Assembly: GCA_010909165.1 (NCBI GenBank)
Contig: MU008171.1
Span: forward strand, 1,116,001-1,180,000
Source: Anthoceros angustus
Lineage: Eukaryota; Plantae; Anthocerotophyta
Reading direction: 5' to 3'
Length of the DNA stretch: 64,000 nt
The notes below the pieces were generated by a model. It was not told where the DNA came from. It ran no database searches and saw nothing but the letters and a program-made list of their open reading frames with translations. How positions within the stretch are numbered: position 1 is the stretch's first letter; each line of letters starts with the position of its first letter. The position numbers were made by a program, and so were the translations under genes. Positions 23,870 to 36,707 of this stretch are shown here, one piece after another.

Positions 23870-25215
23870 GGTGCTACCTTCCGCCTCTTCGGTTCCCTTC
23901 GGGTCCGCCGGGGCTCAACAGCTAGCGTCGTTGTTGGTGGCGACCTCTGAGTTGCAACCACCGCCTCGCCCCTGGTCGCCTCTTCTGCCTTGGTTGCTGA
24001 AGGGGCACCAGGAGGAGAGAAGCGGGAATGTCCTCCCACACTTCCCTGGGTGGCGAGGGGGTCCGTTCCAGACGTATGGAGTCTGGAATCCCCTCCCAGT
24101 CGTCCTCCTCCCGGACGCGCTTGCTCCGGACCGGACGGGCCTCAACCTCCTGCGCTCTTCCTCTCTCTCCGCCTCTGGTAGGGCGGCCAACCCTTTCCGT
24201 AGTGCCCGCTCCTCTTCCCCCTCCTTCAGGAGGTTCATGTGCCCCCACACATGAATGAGGAACGGCGACAATGTTGAGGGGGATGGCTTCTCGCTTCTCA
24301 GCTTTCGGGCCTCCTGGTTGATCCGGCGAAGATTATCCTGCCCCAGTCGGGGCGTTTCCCCTTCTGTAGTGAAGAACACTAACAGATTATCCCCAAGGTG
24401 GTCCAATGGAGAACGCATGCTTAACTTCACTGTACATGTGCGTGTGGAAATAGGAGAGATCAGGGCCTACCTACTACAAGTGAGGACCAAGTTGGCCGCG
24501 GCTACTCCCGCCGCCTCCCTCCACTGGTTCTGATCCCGCCGGTAGTGGTCTCTGCGTCTTGGCAGGCTCGCCTCCACGCCCTTCACTGGCCTCCCAAGCT
24601 TGGTCTTTGTTCACTAGGCGATCTCGGCCAGGTCCTTGGCCCTCTCTGCCTGCCTTCTTGCCTCCTCTACCTCTTCTTGGGCCGCTCCTCTCCGCCTACA
24701 AAGGTCCTTCGCCTTTGCTTGTGCCTCTGCAGCTTGTTTGTTCATCATTTGGAGCACTAACTATCTTGTTAGGCGGACTGGCCTCAGTTCGGCCGGGCGC
24801 TTCTCCTCCTCGACTCTAGCGAGGGTCTCCGCCTTTCTCTTGGCGGCTTGGGCCGCCTCCGCCTGGCCTTGAAGCTCCACCATTCGTCTTCTGGTGGCCT
24901 CCACTTCCTGGGCCTTCTGTGCCGTTCCGCAGAGACCCCAAAGCACTCCGTCCATGACGGCTGCGAGCACCCTCCTGGTCTCTTCCACGGCCGCCGCTGG
25001 GGAGATCCCCGTGAAGTCCGCCGCGGGCTCGGGTACCGCTCGATGCAGGACGCCCGGACCCTGATCCGGAGGCGGACTAGGGACTCGGACATTAGGACCC
25101 TCGGTCCAGTGTTGGCCGAGGCTTCCACCTCCTTAGCCCTCTCTGCTGCCTTCTTGCCTCCTCGCTTGCCTCCTCACTTGCCTCCTCGCTTGCCTCCTCA
25201 CTTCGCCACTCCGTC
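23870..25215 (-). pseudogene. Transposon-associated ORF with charged coiled-coil-like repeats; family unassigned
   Basis: Broken frames read MEETRRVLAAVMDGVLWGLCGTAQKAQEVEATRRRMVELQGQAEAAQAAKRKAETLARVEEE and KPSPSTLSPFLIHVWGHMNLLKEGEEERALRKG. This ORF is the template for the array at 27-30.5 kb. Confidence 0.35.
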
Positions 25216-25388
25216 AGCGTCGGCCTCGATTCCGCAAGAGAAACCCTTCGTTATTACGACGGCGGGAAAGCACTCGCCAGGCGAGGTGCACAGCAGTGGC
25301 CGCTTCTGGCCGGCCGAAGAAATAGCCTTCTCCCTCTTGCGAGGCTCGTGAAATGGCAAAACACGGAGGCGCGCCCCTTTCGCTGCTC

Positions 25389-28300
25389 GAGTCTGCATTG
25401 CTTACTCTAGCTTTACGCGCCCTTCGCTTGCTACTCTAGCCTTACTGCGCGCATGTGCGAGGCGTGGTTGCCGACCATCCAGGCAACCCTACGGTCTGGT
25501 GGGATGCCTCCCCCTCTCGGCCACGTCACGTGGCGCCTTGAAATCGCTCCAGTTACCTTTCTGGTGTCTTGTTGCGACTTACTGGGGTCTCACCTCACTG
25601 CGGTCTACTCCAGTGCGGTCCGTAGTCCTCAGCCGCCCGGAGCAGTCCGAGTCACCGCTACTCGGGTCGGTCAAGATCCCCCCATAGGCGCTTGGGGTCG
25701 ATCGTCTTCTTGCATCCGGTCTTATTTCCTTCTCGTCATTTCTCACTCCACTAACATAGCTCATTACCTTTCTAAGGGGAGAGCCTACGGTCCACATTGC
25801 CTTCGCAATATCGATATTCAGCTGAGTATAAAAGGGCACTGGCATGCTATAGATGGAAATTGCAGTTTATTCTTGTGTGAGGGCAATCCACGAATTACAA
25901 CGGACCAAAAGCAGCTATCTTCGGTTAACACTAATTTAACGGACATGCTTGCATGATCTTTGGGGGCGGGATGGGGATGTGCTCTTGCCTCCCCATCTTC
26001 TCGCATCGTTCGGACCAAGCGAAGTAAACAAACAATTGCAACAATGGAGCCTAGACCACATGGCCATTTGGATTACTCATATCACATGATGTCACTTCAT
26101 CGTGGACTCTTGATATGCACGTTTGCTAGTTGAGAGCTATGGACACTCGCGATGGCCAACTTCGGTCATTCCATAAATGTCTGAGCCTCATTAGAAGCGG
26201 GTTCGGGCTCCTCTTAGGGATGGGCTCGGGCATATTGGATAGGATTGTCAATGAGCCTAAATAACAAATTCGGGTCAAAATTTATAAACATTGTCTGGTC
26301 AACTGGTGCTCTCGTCAAAGCATACTCGTGATGTGTGTCAATATTCACCGGCCTCATTCTTGCACGTGGGCTACTTTCAGAGCGTCCTTAGCCGTGGCTT
26401 GAGTCTGCATTGCTTACTCTAGCTACGCGCCGCGCGCGTACTCTAGCCTTACTCGCGCATGTACGGGCGTGGTTGACCACGGGCAACCCCTCGGTCTGGT
26501 CGCCTCTTCCCCTCTCGGCCGTCACGTGGCGCCTTGCCAAAATCGCTCCCGTTCCAAAGTTACCTTTCTGGCGTACTTATTGCGACTTACTGGGGTCTCA
26601 CCTCACTGCGGTCTACTCCAGTGCGGTCCGTAGTCCTCGAGGCCGCTCGGGACCTCCACGGTCCATCTCCAGGGTCCTCCCTCAAGCTTTTGGGCGGACC
26701 GTTTGTTGGCCACCGCCAACATCTTCCGAGCGCTCGCTCCTCTCCGCCTACAAAGGTCCTTCGCCTTTGCTTGTGCCTCTGCGCGTGCTTCAATTTATTT
26801 GGAGCACTAACTTCTGTCTTGTTGGGCGGACTGGCCTCAGTTCCAGCGCTCTCCTCCTCGACTCTAGCGAGGGTCTCTGCCTTTCTCTTGGCTGCTTGGG
26901 CCGCCTCTGCCTGGCCCTGAAGCTCCACCATTCGTCTTCTGGTGGCCTCCACTTCCTGGGCCTTCTCTGCCGTTCCGCAGAGACCCCAAAGCACTCCGTC
27001 CATGACGGCTGCGAGCACCCTCCGTGTCTCTTCCACGGCCGCCGCTGGGGAGATACCCGTGAAGTCCGCCACGGGCTCGGTACCGCGATGCAAGGACCGC
27101 CCGGACCCTTGATCGGAGGAGGCCGGACTAGGGACTCGGACATTGGGACCCTCGAGTCACAGGTGTTGGCAGGCTTCCACCTCCTTAGCCTCTTCCTAAC
27201 TCCTTCTCCGCCTTCTCTTGGGGTCCGGGAGGTGGTGAGGTCGGGAGGTGGCTCGCTTACCCCTCTGGTTGGTGGCAGGGCCAGGCTCGGGGTGGGGTTG
27301 CTTCAGTGTCCCCGCTCACTGGGCCGCATCTCGCCGCCCTCCTCACTTGCCTCCTCCGGCCAAGGCTCAAAGTCCAGTATCGCTTGGTAGCGATGTTCCT
27401 CTCCACCATTCGTCTTGGTGGCCTCCACTTCCTGGGCCTTCTCTGCCGATCCGCGAGACCCCAAAGCACTGTCCATGACGGCCGAGCACCCTCCGTGTCT
27501 CTTCCACGGCCCGTTAGGGAGATACCCATGAAGTCCGCCACGGGCTCGGGGTGGGGTTGCTTCATGTCCCCGCTCACTGGGCGCATCTCGCCGCCTCCTC
27601 CTCGACTCTAGCGAGGGTCTCCGCCTTCTCTTGGGGTCCGGGAGGTGGTGAGGTCGGAGGCGCTCCCCTCCGTTGGTGGCAGAGGCCTGGGTGGGGTTGC
27701 TTCATGTCCCCGCTCACTGGGCCGCATCTCGCCGCCTCCTCACTTGCCTCCTCGCTTCCCGCCACTCGTCGGCAGGCGGGGGCCGAGGCATCACAGGGGC
27801 ATGGTGGTGGGCCGTCTTCCTCTTCTTTACCTCCCGTCTGCGGGGTTCGGTGTGGCGTCGTAGGTTCTTGGCTTAGCATGACCACCGGCTCCTCCTGGCT
27901 CCTTCGGCGTGGGGTGCTCGGTGGAGGGACTAAGAGGAGGAGGCGGGAATTTCTTCCCATATTCCCGGGGCGGGGGGTCCGTTCGATCTTATGGAGTCCG
28001 AATCCCTCCCAATCCTCATCGTCCTGGACCCTTTGGTCTTGGGGGCGCCTCCGCCTACAAAGGTCCTTCGCCTTTGCTTGTGCCTCAAGAGCGCCGCCCT
28101 TGCCGCCTCCACCTTCCTTTCACCTTAAGGGGCTCGGGACTACACCCCAATCTCCTCCGGCCAAGGCTCAAAGTCCAGTATCGCTTGGTAGCGATGTTCC
28201 TCTCCACGAGCGCTAGGGTTCCCGGACCTCCGCGCCTTCTTGGTGGCCTCCACTTCCTGGGCCTTCTCTGCCGATCCGCGAGACCCCAAAGCACTGTCCA

Positions 28301-31300
28301 TGACGGCCGAGCACCCTCCGTGTCTCTTCCACGGCCCGTTAGGGAGATACCCATGAAGTCCGCCACGGGCTCGGGGTGGGGTTGCTTCATGTCCCCGCTC
28401 ACTGGGCGCATCTCGCCGCCCTCCTCACTTGCCTCCTCTACCTCTTCTTGGGCCGCCTCTCCGCCTACAAAGGTCCTTCGCCTTTGCTTGTGCCTCAAGG
28501 TTTTCACTGCTCATACAGGAGCACTTAGCTCTGCCTTGTTGGGCGGACTGGCCTCGATTCGGCCCGCTTCTCCTCCTCGACTCTAGCGAGGGTCTCCGCC
28601 TTCTTGGGTCCCATAATTACGTGCCTCTCGGTCTGCTGTGGCTTGATGATCGACAACTCTCGCACTCGTCGCGCCGCAGCCGATTCGCGAAGAGGCCGCT
28701 CGTTATTACGCCCGGGGAAAGATAGCGCCAGAGCGAGGTGCTGCGCGGTGACGCAAAAGCGCATGGCCGGTCGAGAATGGCCTTCTCTCGGTGCTCTCCT
28801 TCTCCGCCCGCCTTCTTGGTGGCCTCCACTTCCTGGGCCTTCTCTGCCGATCCGCGAGACCCCAAAGCACTGTCCATGACGGCCGAGCACCCTCCGTGTC
28901 TCTTCCACGGCCCGTTAGGGAGATACCCATGAAGTCCGCCACGGGCTCGGGGTGGGGTTGCTTCATGTCCCCGCTCACTGGGCGCATCTCGCCGCCTCCT
29001 CACTTGCCTCCTCTACCTCTTCTTTACCTCCCGTCTGCGGGGTTCGGTGTGGCGTCGTAGGTTCTTGGCTTAGCATGACCACCGGCTCCTCCTGGCTCCT
29101 TCGGTGGGGTGCTCCGGTGGAGGGACTAAGAGGAGGGAAGCGGGAATTTCTTCCCATATTCCCGGGGCGGCGAGGGGGTCCGTTCCAGTCTTATGGAGTC
29201 CGGAATCCCCTCCCAATCCTCATCGTCCTGGACCCGCCTGGTCTTGGGGGGGCGGCCCTCCGTCTCCGGTGCTCTCCCTTCTCGCTCCGCCTCGGGTAGG
29301 GCCACCAACCCCTTCCGGAGCGCTCGCTCCTCCTCTCCCTCCTTCAGGAGGTTAAGGTGCCCCCACACGTGAATGATAAACGGCGATAGCGTGGGGCGCT
29401 TCTCCTCCTCGACTCTAGCGAGGGTCTCCGCCTTCTTGGGTCCCATAATTACGTGCCTCTCGGTGCTCTCCTTCTCGCCGCCTTCTTGGTGGCCTCCACT
29501 TCCTGGGCCTTCTCTGCCGATCCGCAGAGACCCCAAAGCACTGTCCATGACGGCCGAGCACCCTCCGTGTCTCTTCCACGGCCCGTTAGGGAGATACCCA
29601 TGAAGTCCGCCACGGGCTCGGGGTGGGGTTGCTTCATGTCCCCGCTCACTGGGCGCATCTCGCCGCCTCCTCACTTGCCTCCTCCGGCCAAGGCTCAAAG
29701 TCCGTATCGCTTGGTAGCGATGTTCCTCTCCACCATTCGTCTTGGTGGCCTCCACTTCCTGGGCCTTCTGCCGATCCGCAGAGACCCCAAAGCACTGTCC
29801 ATGACGGCCGAGCACCCTCCGTGTCTCTTCCACGGCCCGTTAGGGAGATACCCATGAAGTCCGCCACGGGCTCGGGGTGGGGTTGCTTCATGTCCCCGCT
29901 CACTGGGCCGCATCTCGCCGCCTCCTCACTTGCCTCCTCCGGCCAAGGCTCAAAGTCCGTATCGCTTGGTAGCGATGTTCCTCTCCACGAGCGCTAGGGT
30001 TCCCGGACCTCCGCGCCTTCTTGGTGGCCTCCACTTCCTGGGCCTTCTGCCGATCCGCAGAGACCCCAAAGCACTGTCCATGACGGCCGAGCACCCTCCG
30101 TGTCTCTTCCACGGCCCGTTAGGGAGATACCCATGAAGTCCGCCACGGGCTCGGGGTGGGGTTGCTTCATGTCCCCGCTCACTGGGCGCATCTCGCCGCC
30201 TCCTCACTTGCCTCCTCCGGCCAAGGCTCAAAGTCCGTATCGCTTGGTAGCGATGTTCCTCTCCACCATTCGTCTTGGTGGCCTCCACTTCCTGGGCCTT
30301 CTGCCGATCCAGAGACCCCAAAGCACTGTCCATGACGGCCGAGCACCCTCCGTGTCTCTTCCACGGCCCGTTAGGGAGATACCCATGAAGTCCGCCACGG
30401 GCTCGGGGTGGGGTTGCTTCATGTCCCCGCTCACTGGGCGCATCTCGCCGCCTCCTCACTTGCCTCCTCCGGCCAAGGCTCAAAGTCCGTATCGCTTGGT
30501 AGCGATGTTCCTCTCCACGAGCGCTAGGGTTCCCACCTCCGCGCCTTCTTGGGTCCCATAATTACGTGCCTCGGTGCTGTGGCTTGATGATCGACAACTC
30601 CTTGCACTCGTCGTCGAACGCCGATTCGCGAAGAGGCCATCGTTATGCACTTGGGCGCGGAAAGATAGCGCCAGAGCGAGGTGCTGGCGCGGTGGCGCAA
30701 AAGCGCTGGCCGGTCGAGAATGGCCTTCTCGGTGCGACGTCGTGAGTAACGGCCGGAGGCGTGCCCTTCCGTGCTGTAGTCCTGCATTGCTTACTCTAGC
30801 TTTACGCTGCCGCCGCCGCTTGCGTACTCTAGCCTTACTCTGGCGCATGTACGGGCGTGGTTACGACCGCGTACGGCAACCCTCGGTCTGGTCATGCATC
30901 TGTCCCCTCTCGGCCGTCACGTGGCGCCCCTTGCCAAAATACGCTCCCCGTTCCAAAGTTACCTTTCCTGGCGTACTTATTGCGACTTACTCCGGAGTGC
31001 AGTCTGGACTCACTGCGGTCTACTCCAGAGTGCGGTCCGTAGTCCCTCAGGCCGCTCGGGCGTCGTCACCTCTACTCGAGTGGTCCGAATCCTCCCATCT
31101 AGGCGCCCGATCGTCCCTTCTTCATCCGGTCTTATTTCCTTTTTCTCGTCTTATTTCTCACTCCACACTAACAAAAAAAAAAATAGCTCATTACCTTTCT
31201 AAGGGGGAGAGCCTACGGTCCACATTGCCTTCGCAATATCGATATTCAGCTGAGTATAAAAGGGCACACAACGCTGTGCTATAGATGGAAATTGCCAGTT

Positions 31301-31860
31301 TTATTGCTGTTGTGAGGGCAATCCACTGAATTACAACCGGACCAAAAACGACGCTATCTTTCAGTGTTAACACCTAATTTAACCGGACATGCTTGCATGA
31401 TGCTGGGCCGGGATGGGGATGTGCTCTTGCCTCCCACATCTTCTCGCATCGTTCGGACCAAACGAAGTAGACACAAACAAGCAATTGCAACAATGGAGCC
31501 TAGACCACATGGCCATAGCTGGATTACTCATATCACATGATGTCACTTCATCGTCCGTGGACTCTTGATATCGCACGTTTGCTAGTTGAGAGCTATGGAC
31601 ACTCGCGATGGCCAACTCGGTCATTCCCATAAATGTCTCTGGAGCCTCATTGAAGAGAACTGGCTGGGACTCGGGCTCCTCTTCCGGGATGGGCTCGGGC
31701 ATATTGGATAGGATTGTCAATGAGCCTAAATAACAAATTCAGTCAAAATTTATAAACATTGTCTGGTCAACACAATTGCCTCTCGTCAAACTGATACTCG
31801 TGATGTGTGTCAATATTCAACTGACCTCATTGCACGTGGGCTACTTGCTCTGGAACGTCC
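25389..31860. repeat. Dispersed ~1 kb direct repeat (25389-26398 and ~30778-31860) with a partial third copy at 26400-26640
   Basis: The copies share GT(C)CTGCATTGCTTACTCTAGCTTTACGC through TTGCACGTGGGCTACTT. A minus-strand frame at 31379-31720 (MTILSNMPEPIPEE...) has a broken counterpart in the first copy. Confidence 0.85.
27240..30560. repeat. GC-rich tandem and mosaic array; core unit ~256/279 bp interspersed with shuffled modules
   Basis: The core GGTGGCCTCCACTTCCTGGGCC occurs at ~24893, 26941, 27417, 28242, 28818, 29488, 29744, 30023 and 30278. The last four are spaced about 256, 279 and 256 bp; the longer unit carries an extra GAGCGCTAGGGTTCCCGGACCTCCGCG module. Confidence 0.9.
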
Positions 31861-31990
31861 TTTTGGCACGCTAAGTCCTGCCTCCTACCCTGTCGACTGC
31901 ATCACCAGTGCGTGATGTCCTACACCCCCATTTTGTCCTTAAATGCCAGTAGGGCATGCACACTACATGTACATTAACTACTGCGGTTTT

Positions 31991-32344
31991 TATTCCATTT
32001 GCCCACGTAGATGCCATAGCCTAGTGGTTGGCAGTATCCGCCCACACCGGTGGTGTGAGAGGATACGGCTCCAACTCGCTCATGCGGGAAGAAGGTACGG
32101 GAAAAAGTGCAGGCGGCATGGGCGGTGGAGTGTGGGGGCACAACCGGGCGTCTGTCGGCCGTCCGGCCGTCCATGCGAAACCGTTGGACCGCCTCACTCC
32201 GAACCCGGCCTCGCCTCTTTGGCCTTCCCGCAATGGTGTGCAAGAGACAAACAACGATTTCGCAAGTGAAGTCCTGCGTCTCTCGCCACGATCGACTTAC
32301 TTGCGTTTACATAGCGTCTTTGGGCTTGATCTTTTGTAGTAGTG
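31991..32344 (-). mobile_element. CACTA terminus and subterminal region; duplicated at 34603-34998
   Basis: TTTTGTAGTAGTG at 32332-32344 and 34986-34998 is the reverse complement of CACTACTACAAAA. Both copies have the same flank ACTACTCATGCTCC, so the direct repeat 31991-32490 / 34603-35158 includes the junction. Confidence 0.75.
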
Positions 32345-32386
32345 ACTACTCATGCTCCGATGGGCAAGATTTCATTGTGACCATAC

Positions 32387-33510
32387 TTAATGAAAATTCA
32401 ATAGATGGCATGGAGTATCGTGAGTCGGCCATAGCCGGGTTAGTAATGTCTTTGTACTCGGAGCGAAGGACATAACAATATGAAAACTAAAGGGACACAA
32501 CCGCTTGTTCCTACCATATCTATATGGTTTATTGGTGTCCACGCTCTTGAATCCGCTGAAATCATCATACTCGGTGGGCTGGTTGTAGTGGAGCACTAAA
32601 ACCAATGGATGTTGAAGATGAACGTCGATAGGCCCCCCACATCAAATTTGGCATCGAGGGTGTCTTTGATTTTCCCAAAATACTGGGACTCGCCTTCTCC
32701 CAGGCCAAACTTCCCACTGACCCAATAATCTTGGGTGGCACTACGCATTGCATCTTCTGTCATTGTTTGGTAGTGAAAGCCTCTGGTGTCCAACCCGCGG
32801 TACGTGTTCAGGGTTAACTTCGGATCACTAATGATGCTGCATATGTCATTGTAATCCGGCAGGTGCTGCCATCGGCCTTCCCGAACACCTGCATGGAGCC
32901 AATCCAATACTTCAAAGTATCTGTTAGGATGATTGGTCCGAATCGCCTGCATTGCTTCTGCATGGTCAAGAAAGTGCCAGTGCAGTCTGGTATGTTTGTC
33001 ATGGTCCAGTGTCCAGGGCGTAGCTTTACCGATTGGCTCCTCAGACTTTCAGTCGTAGTATCCAAAATTAAAAAGCTCGGCATGCTCTGCTTCAACACAT
33101 GCATGTCCCTTTCCATGGGGTCCATCCATCTAGCATGGACGATGCCATGACTTTCGACCTCATCTACCAAATGAACAATTAGATGTTGCATTGGATTCCA
33201 AATGCATGATGGGAAGTGCTTTTCGAGGTTGATCATGATGTCCACCACTTTGCCTTTCCATCTCGAGATATCTATAACATCAATTGATTTCTTGCAAATC
33301 GAGCGGTACAAGCCACTAAGTGCCACAAAGGCATTGTACTCTTTCCCCTCTAATCGACCTCGGAGCGCTATGGGCAGGAAGTACTGCATAAGGAGATGCT
33401 AGTCGTGCGATTTCAGACCTGTCACTTTCAGCCCAGTAAAGCATGTATGCAAGTTTGATCCAAACCCGGTTGGGGGCCTGATCCGGGATAACTCAAGCTT
33501 AACAGCTTCC
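32387..33510 (-). pseudogene. CACTA transposase C-terminal half (DUF4218 and DUF4216 regions)
   Basis: RIRPPTGFGSNLHTCFTGLKVTGLKSHD*HLLMQYFLPIALRG...LEKHFPSCIWNPMQHLIVHLVDEVESHGIVHARWMDPMERDMHVLK and SQYFGKIKDTLDAKFDVGGLSTFIFNIHWF. Contains stops and frameshifts. Confidence 0.88.
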
Positions 33511-33512
33511 AG

Positions 33513-33690
33513 ATGCACGTTGAAGTCAATAATTGTCAAGCATTCTGGAAACTCATGAGTGGCACACTTGACACGCACAATGCAAGGATAGATTTAGAAG
33601 ATTTAGACTCCAAGCCATGGTTCTGGGTTGTATGGGAAAATGAAGAACCACATTATCCACCGGCATCCTATGTGTTGCCACGAGTTGCCA
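33513..33690 (+). pseudogene. CACTA transposase middle segment, inverted relative to the adjacent C-terminal half
   Basis: MHVEVNNCQAFWKLMSGTLDTHNARIDLEDL...EPHYPPASYVLP matches the Tnp2 pattern DVMHIEKN...KD...ARxDL...PPAxYxL, which normally lies just upstream of the PxGxxSN/LKSHD segment. Confidence 0.65.
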
Positions 33691-36232
33691 ACTCCAGCTC
33701 CCGTTCTAGCTTTTGCAAAGTGGAGGAAGCGCGGCCCGAAAACTGCACTTTGCCCCCTTTGGATGTCTGCCACCTGGCGGCTGCACAACCCTAGATTGGG
33801 TTCATCATTCCAAAATCCTAATTCTATCTAAACTACCTATTTTCCTATTCTGACTGCTACTCCTAATTAATCGCTTGCTAATCATTTGATATATTTATTC
33901 CCTATCGATGAGCATATATAGTGGATATCCCCCCTCTATTCTAAATTCCCTTTTTAGCCGAGACGCCTTCAGCCTACCCCGGTAGTCTGCCCTTCCTCAT
34001 GTAGGACCTCGCATGATTAGATACTTTCTTTGCTAGAGCATGCCTATGCTAGAGCCAATATCATGCTGTGTCAACTATGCTAGCTGGAAGCCCGATCACC
34101 GGGGCATAAACTTTTAATTCCATTGAGCTGAACAAAATGGAGAATGGCCTTGGAGACAGTTTGAAACGAAAAAAGAGCATTGTGAAGCTTGTAAACTAAC
34201 AGCTAGACAAGCTTGACAAGCTTGACAAGCTTCTAGCTGATAGTAAACTACCAGCTAGAAGCGTCCGCAAAAAGTGAGGAAGAAGATGTATGTAGTCCTA
34301 TTACGAGATGAGAATTAAGTGTGACCTTGCTCAGCAACTCATTTTTTGTCGTTGTGCCTTTAAATGCTTATTGCAGTCTCCATACTTGCCCGGAGATTGT
34401 ATAGCTTGATTCGGAAGAACGCCCTCAATCCAAGCTGGACAATGAGCCATCTTTACTATGATAAGATTGAGCATACTTCTAAGTATGTGTGAGAGAAGAG
34501 AACAAACTCACCTTTTGCTATGAATCATTTGAATGTTTATTTCAGTCTCTTTATTTCGGCTCTAACAGAAGGAGGCTAATCATAGGACTGGCATGAAGGG
34601 CATATTCCATTTGCCCACGTAGATGCCATAGCCTAGTGGCTGCGGCCGTATCCGCCCACACCGGTGGTGTGAGAGGATACGGCTCCAACCCTGACACTGT
34701 CATGCAGGAAGAAGGTACGGGGAAAAAAGTGCACGGGCGGCATGGACAGCTGAAAGCGGAGTGTGGGGGCACAACCGGGCCGTCTGTGCGAAACCGTCCG
34801 GCCGTCCATGCGAAACCGGCAACCGTTGGACCGCCTCACTCCGGAAACCGGCCTCGCCTCTTTGGCCTTCCCCGCAATGGTGTGCAAGAGACAAACAATA
34901 AGACGATTTCGCAAGTGAAGTCCTGCGTCTCTCGTCAACCCTGATCGACTTACTTGCGTTTTACATAGCGTCTTTGGGCTTGATCTTTTGTAGTAGTGAC
35001 TACTCATGCTCCAGTGGGCAAGATTTCATTGTGACCATACTTAATGAAAATTCAATAGATGGCATGACGAGTATCGTGAGTCGCTGCCACTGTTAAGCAG
35101 CGGGTTAGTAATGTCTTTGTACTCGGGAGCGAAGGACATAACAAATATGAAAAACTAAGATCCCCACAATTAAGCACCATTGGCGAATCACTGCGGGAAT
35201 AAGAAACCTGCTCATGATAATAATTTTTTCTCTTAGCGATTGATGAGCACCAGTTTGAGATGAAGTCCCACTTGCATGCTCTATATGTAAAAAAAGCAAT
35301 GAGATGATGATGAAGATCCCACTTGTATATTCTGTGCACAAGAAAACTTTGCACAGGGTCAAGCCATTCTCTAAGGTTTATGAGGGAGATGTGTGTGCAG
35401 GGTCTAGGATGAGTAGGGCACACGAGATTGCAACAAAGTGGTCCATTTCAGGAATGTAGTGGCTGCATGTTAGAACAGCACGTGCTGGGTCGTGCTTCCG
35501 TGGTGGTGTTTAGTCCTCGTTCACGCAATTCTATTGACATTGTTGATTAATTGGTAGGTTGTTTCTCCTAGTACAGACATTTTATTGCAATTTATGTACT
35601 TATCATATGTCCCATGAGGGTCTTCCATCCTTCATGGACTTCAAAATTTTCTTCTCCTCCTCCTCTATCTAAAGCCTTGATTTTTATTTCTCTTATTATA
35701 TATATATATTTAATAAAATATTTAATTTTAAAATAACAATTTTACCAACCTTGTTTTTTTCTTATTTTTATTACAGTAAATATTTAAATTTCAAATTTCA
35801 AATTTTCTATTCACCCAGAACACCCAAAATCCTCCATTTTAAAGGACCTCAATTTGAGAGAGATTTCGATTACATGATCTATTGGAGAAGCTGGCCATAA
35901 TTGGACCTCCCATAGACAGATACAGGAGTGGTCCCTCCCCATAGGTCCGAGCTTGGGAAAATCCCCCGACCATACCCACAATACCTTCCGGGGGCGGATG
36001 GCCCATTTGTGACAAATCCATGTTTTAGCCTCATCGTTAGAAGAGAATATGGAGACTTTATAAAAAGAATGAGATGGGAAATCCCATCTACCCCGAGGTG
36101 AAAGGGGACAACTCACGACGGGGCACCCGCACTAATTAACCCTATAACCCCCCACCGCCCCCAAGATGTTGCCGTCCGAGATAGGGAAGGGCTTACTTAC
36201 CACTGGTGCCACCGATGCCGAGTCTCTAGCAT

Positions 36233-36620
36233 TCATGATCGTCCTAAAGATGGCACTGACCAACGCCCTTTGCAAGACGATAAAAACCCGTTACCTGAAA
36301 TACGCCACGACATTAGAAAGGGGGAGGCCAACCCCGCCCTCGTCGTTGTGGTAGGCCCTTGCACACTCCTTATGAAACGAGAAAAAACTTTACCCAAAGC
36401 CCCATGGGTTTCAATGGCAAAGGGGATGAAAATGTGACCTTGTTGCATGGGCGTGTACTTGTAAATCTTAGTTGCGCTCCCTTCCGCCGCCCAACCTTCC
36501 AGGGTTGATGATGACATGGTCGCTAACAAAATCTCTGGTTGGGTCTGTGACAACCACGTCCGCAACCGAGACCTCGTCCCCCCGCGTCAAGAAAAGGTCA
36601 GCTCTAATAGAGACGCCATT
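36233..36620 (-). mobile_element. 3' fragment of a CRE-like non-LTR retrotransposon (restriction-like endonuclease domain)
   Basis: IRADLFLTRGDEVSVADVVVTDP is the R-x-D...D-V-x-x-x-x-P motif of the PD-(D/E)xK endonuclease. After a frameshift it continues AAEGSATKIYKY...HIFIPFAIETHGALGKVFSRFI. Confidence 0.7.
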
Positions 36621-36626
36621 GAGCAG

Positions 36627-36707
36627 AGTATACTGCCGCTCCTTGAAAGGGCCAGTATATTGTCGCTCCTTGAAAGGGCCAATATACTGCCGCTCCTTGA
36701 AAGGGCC
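36627..36707. repeat. 27-bp tandem repeat x3
   Basis: A(G/A)TATA(C/T)TG(C/T)CGCTCCTTGAAAGGGCC x3, directly at the 5' truncation point of the CRE-like fragment. Confidence 0.9.

Noticed and set aside
27240-30560. CRISPR array
   Set aside because: The units are ~256-279 bp near-identical repeats with no unique spacers, there are no cas genes, and the context is eukaryotic.
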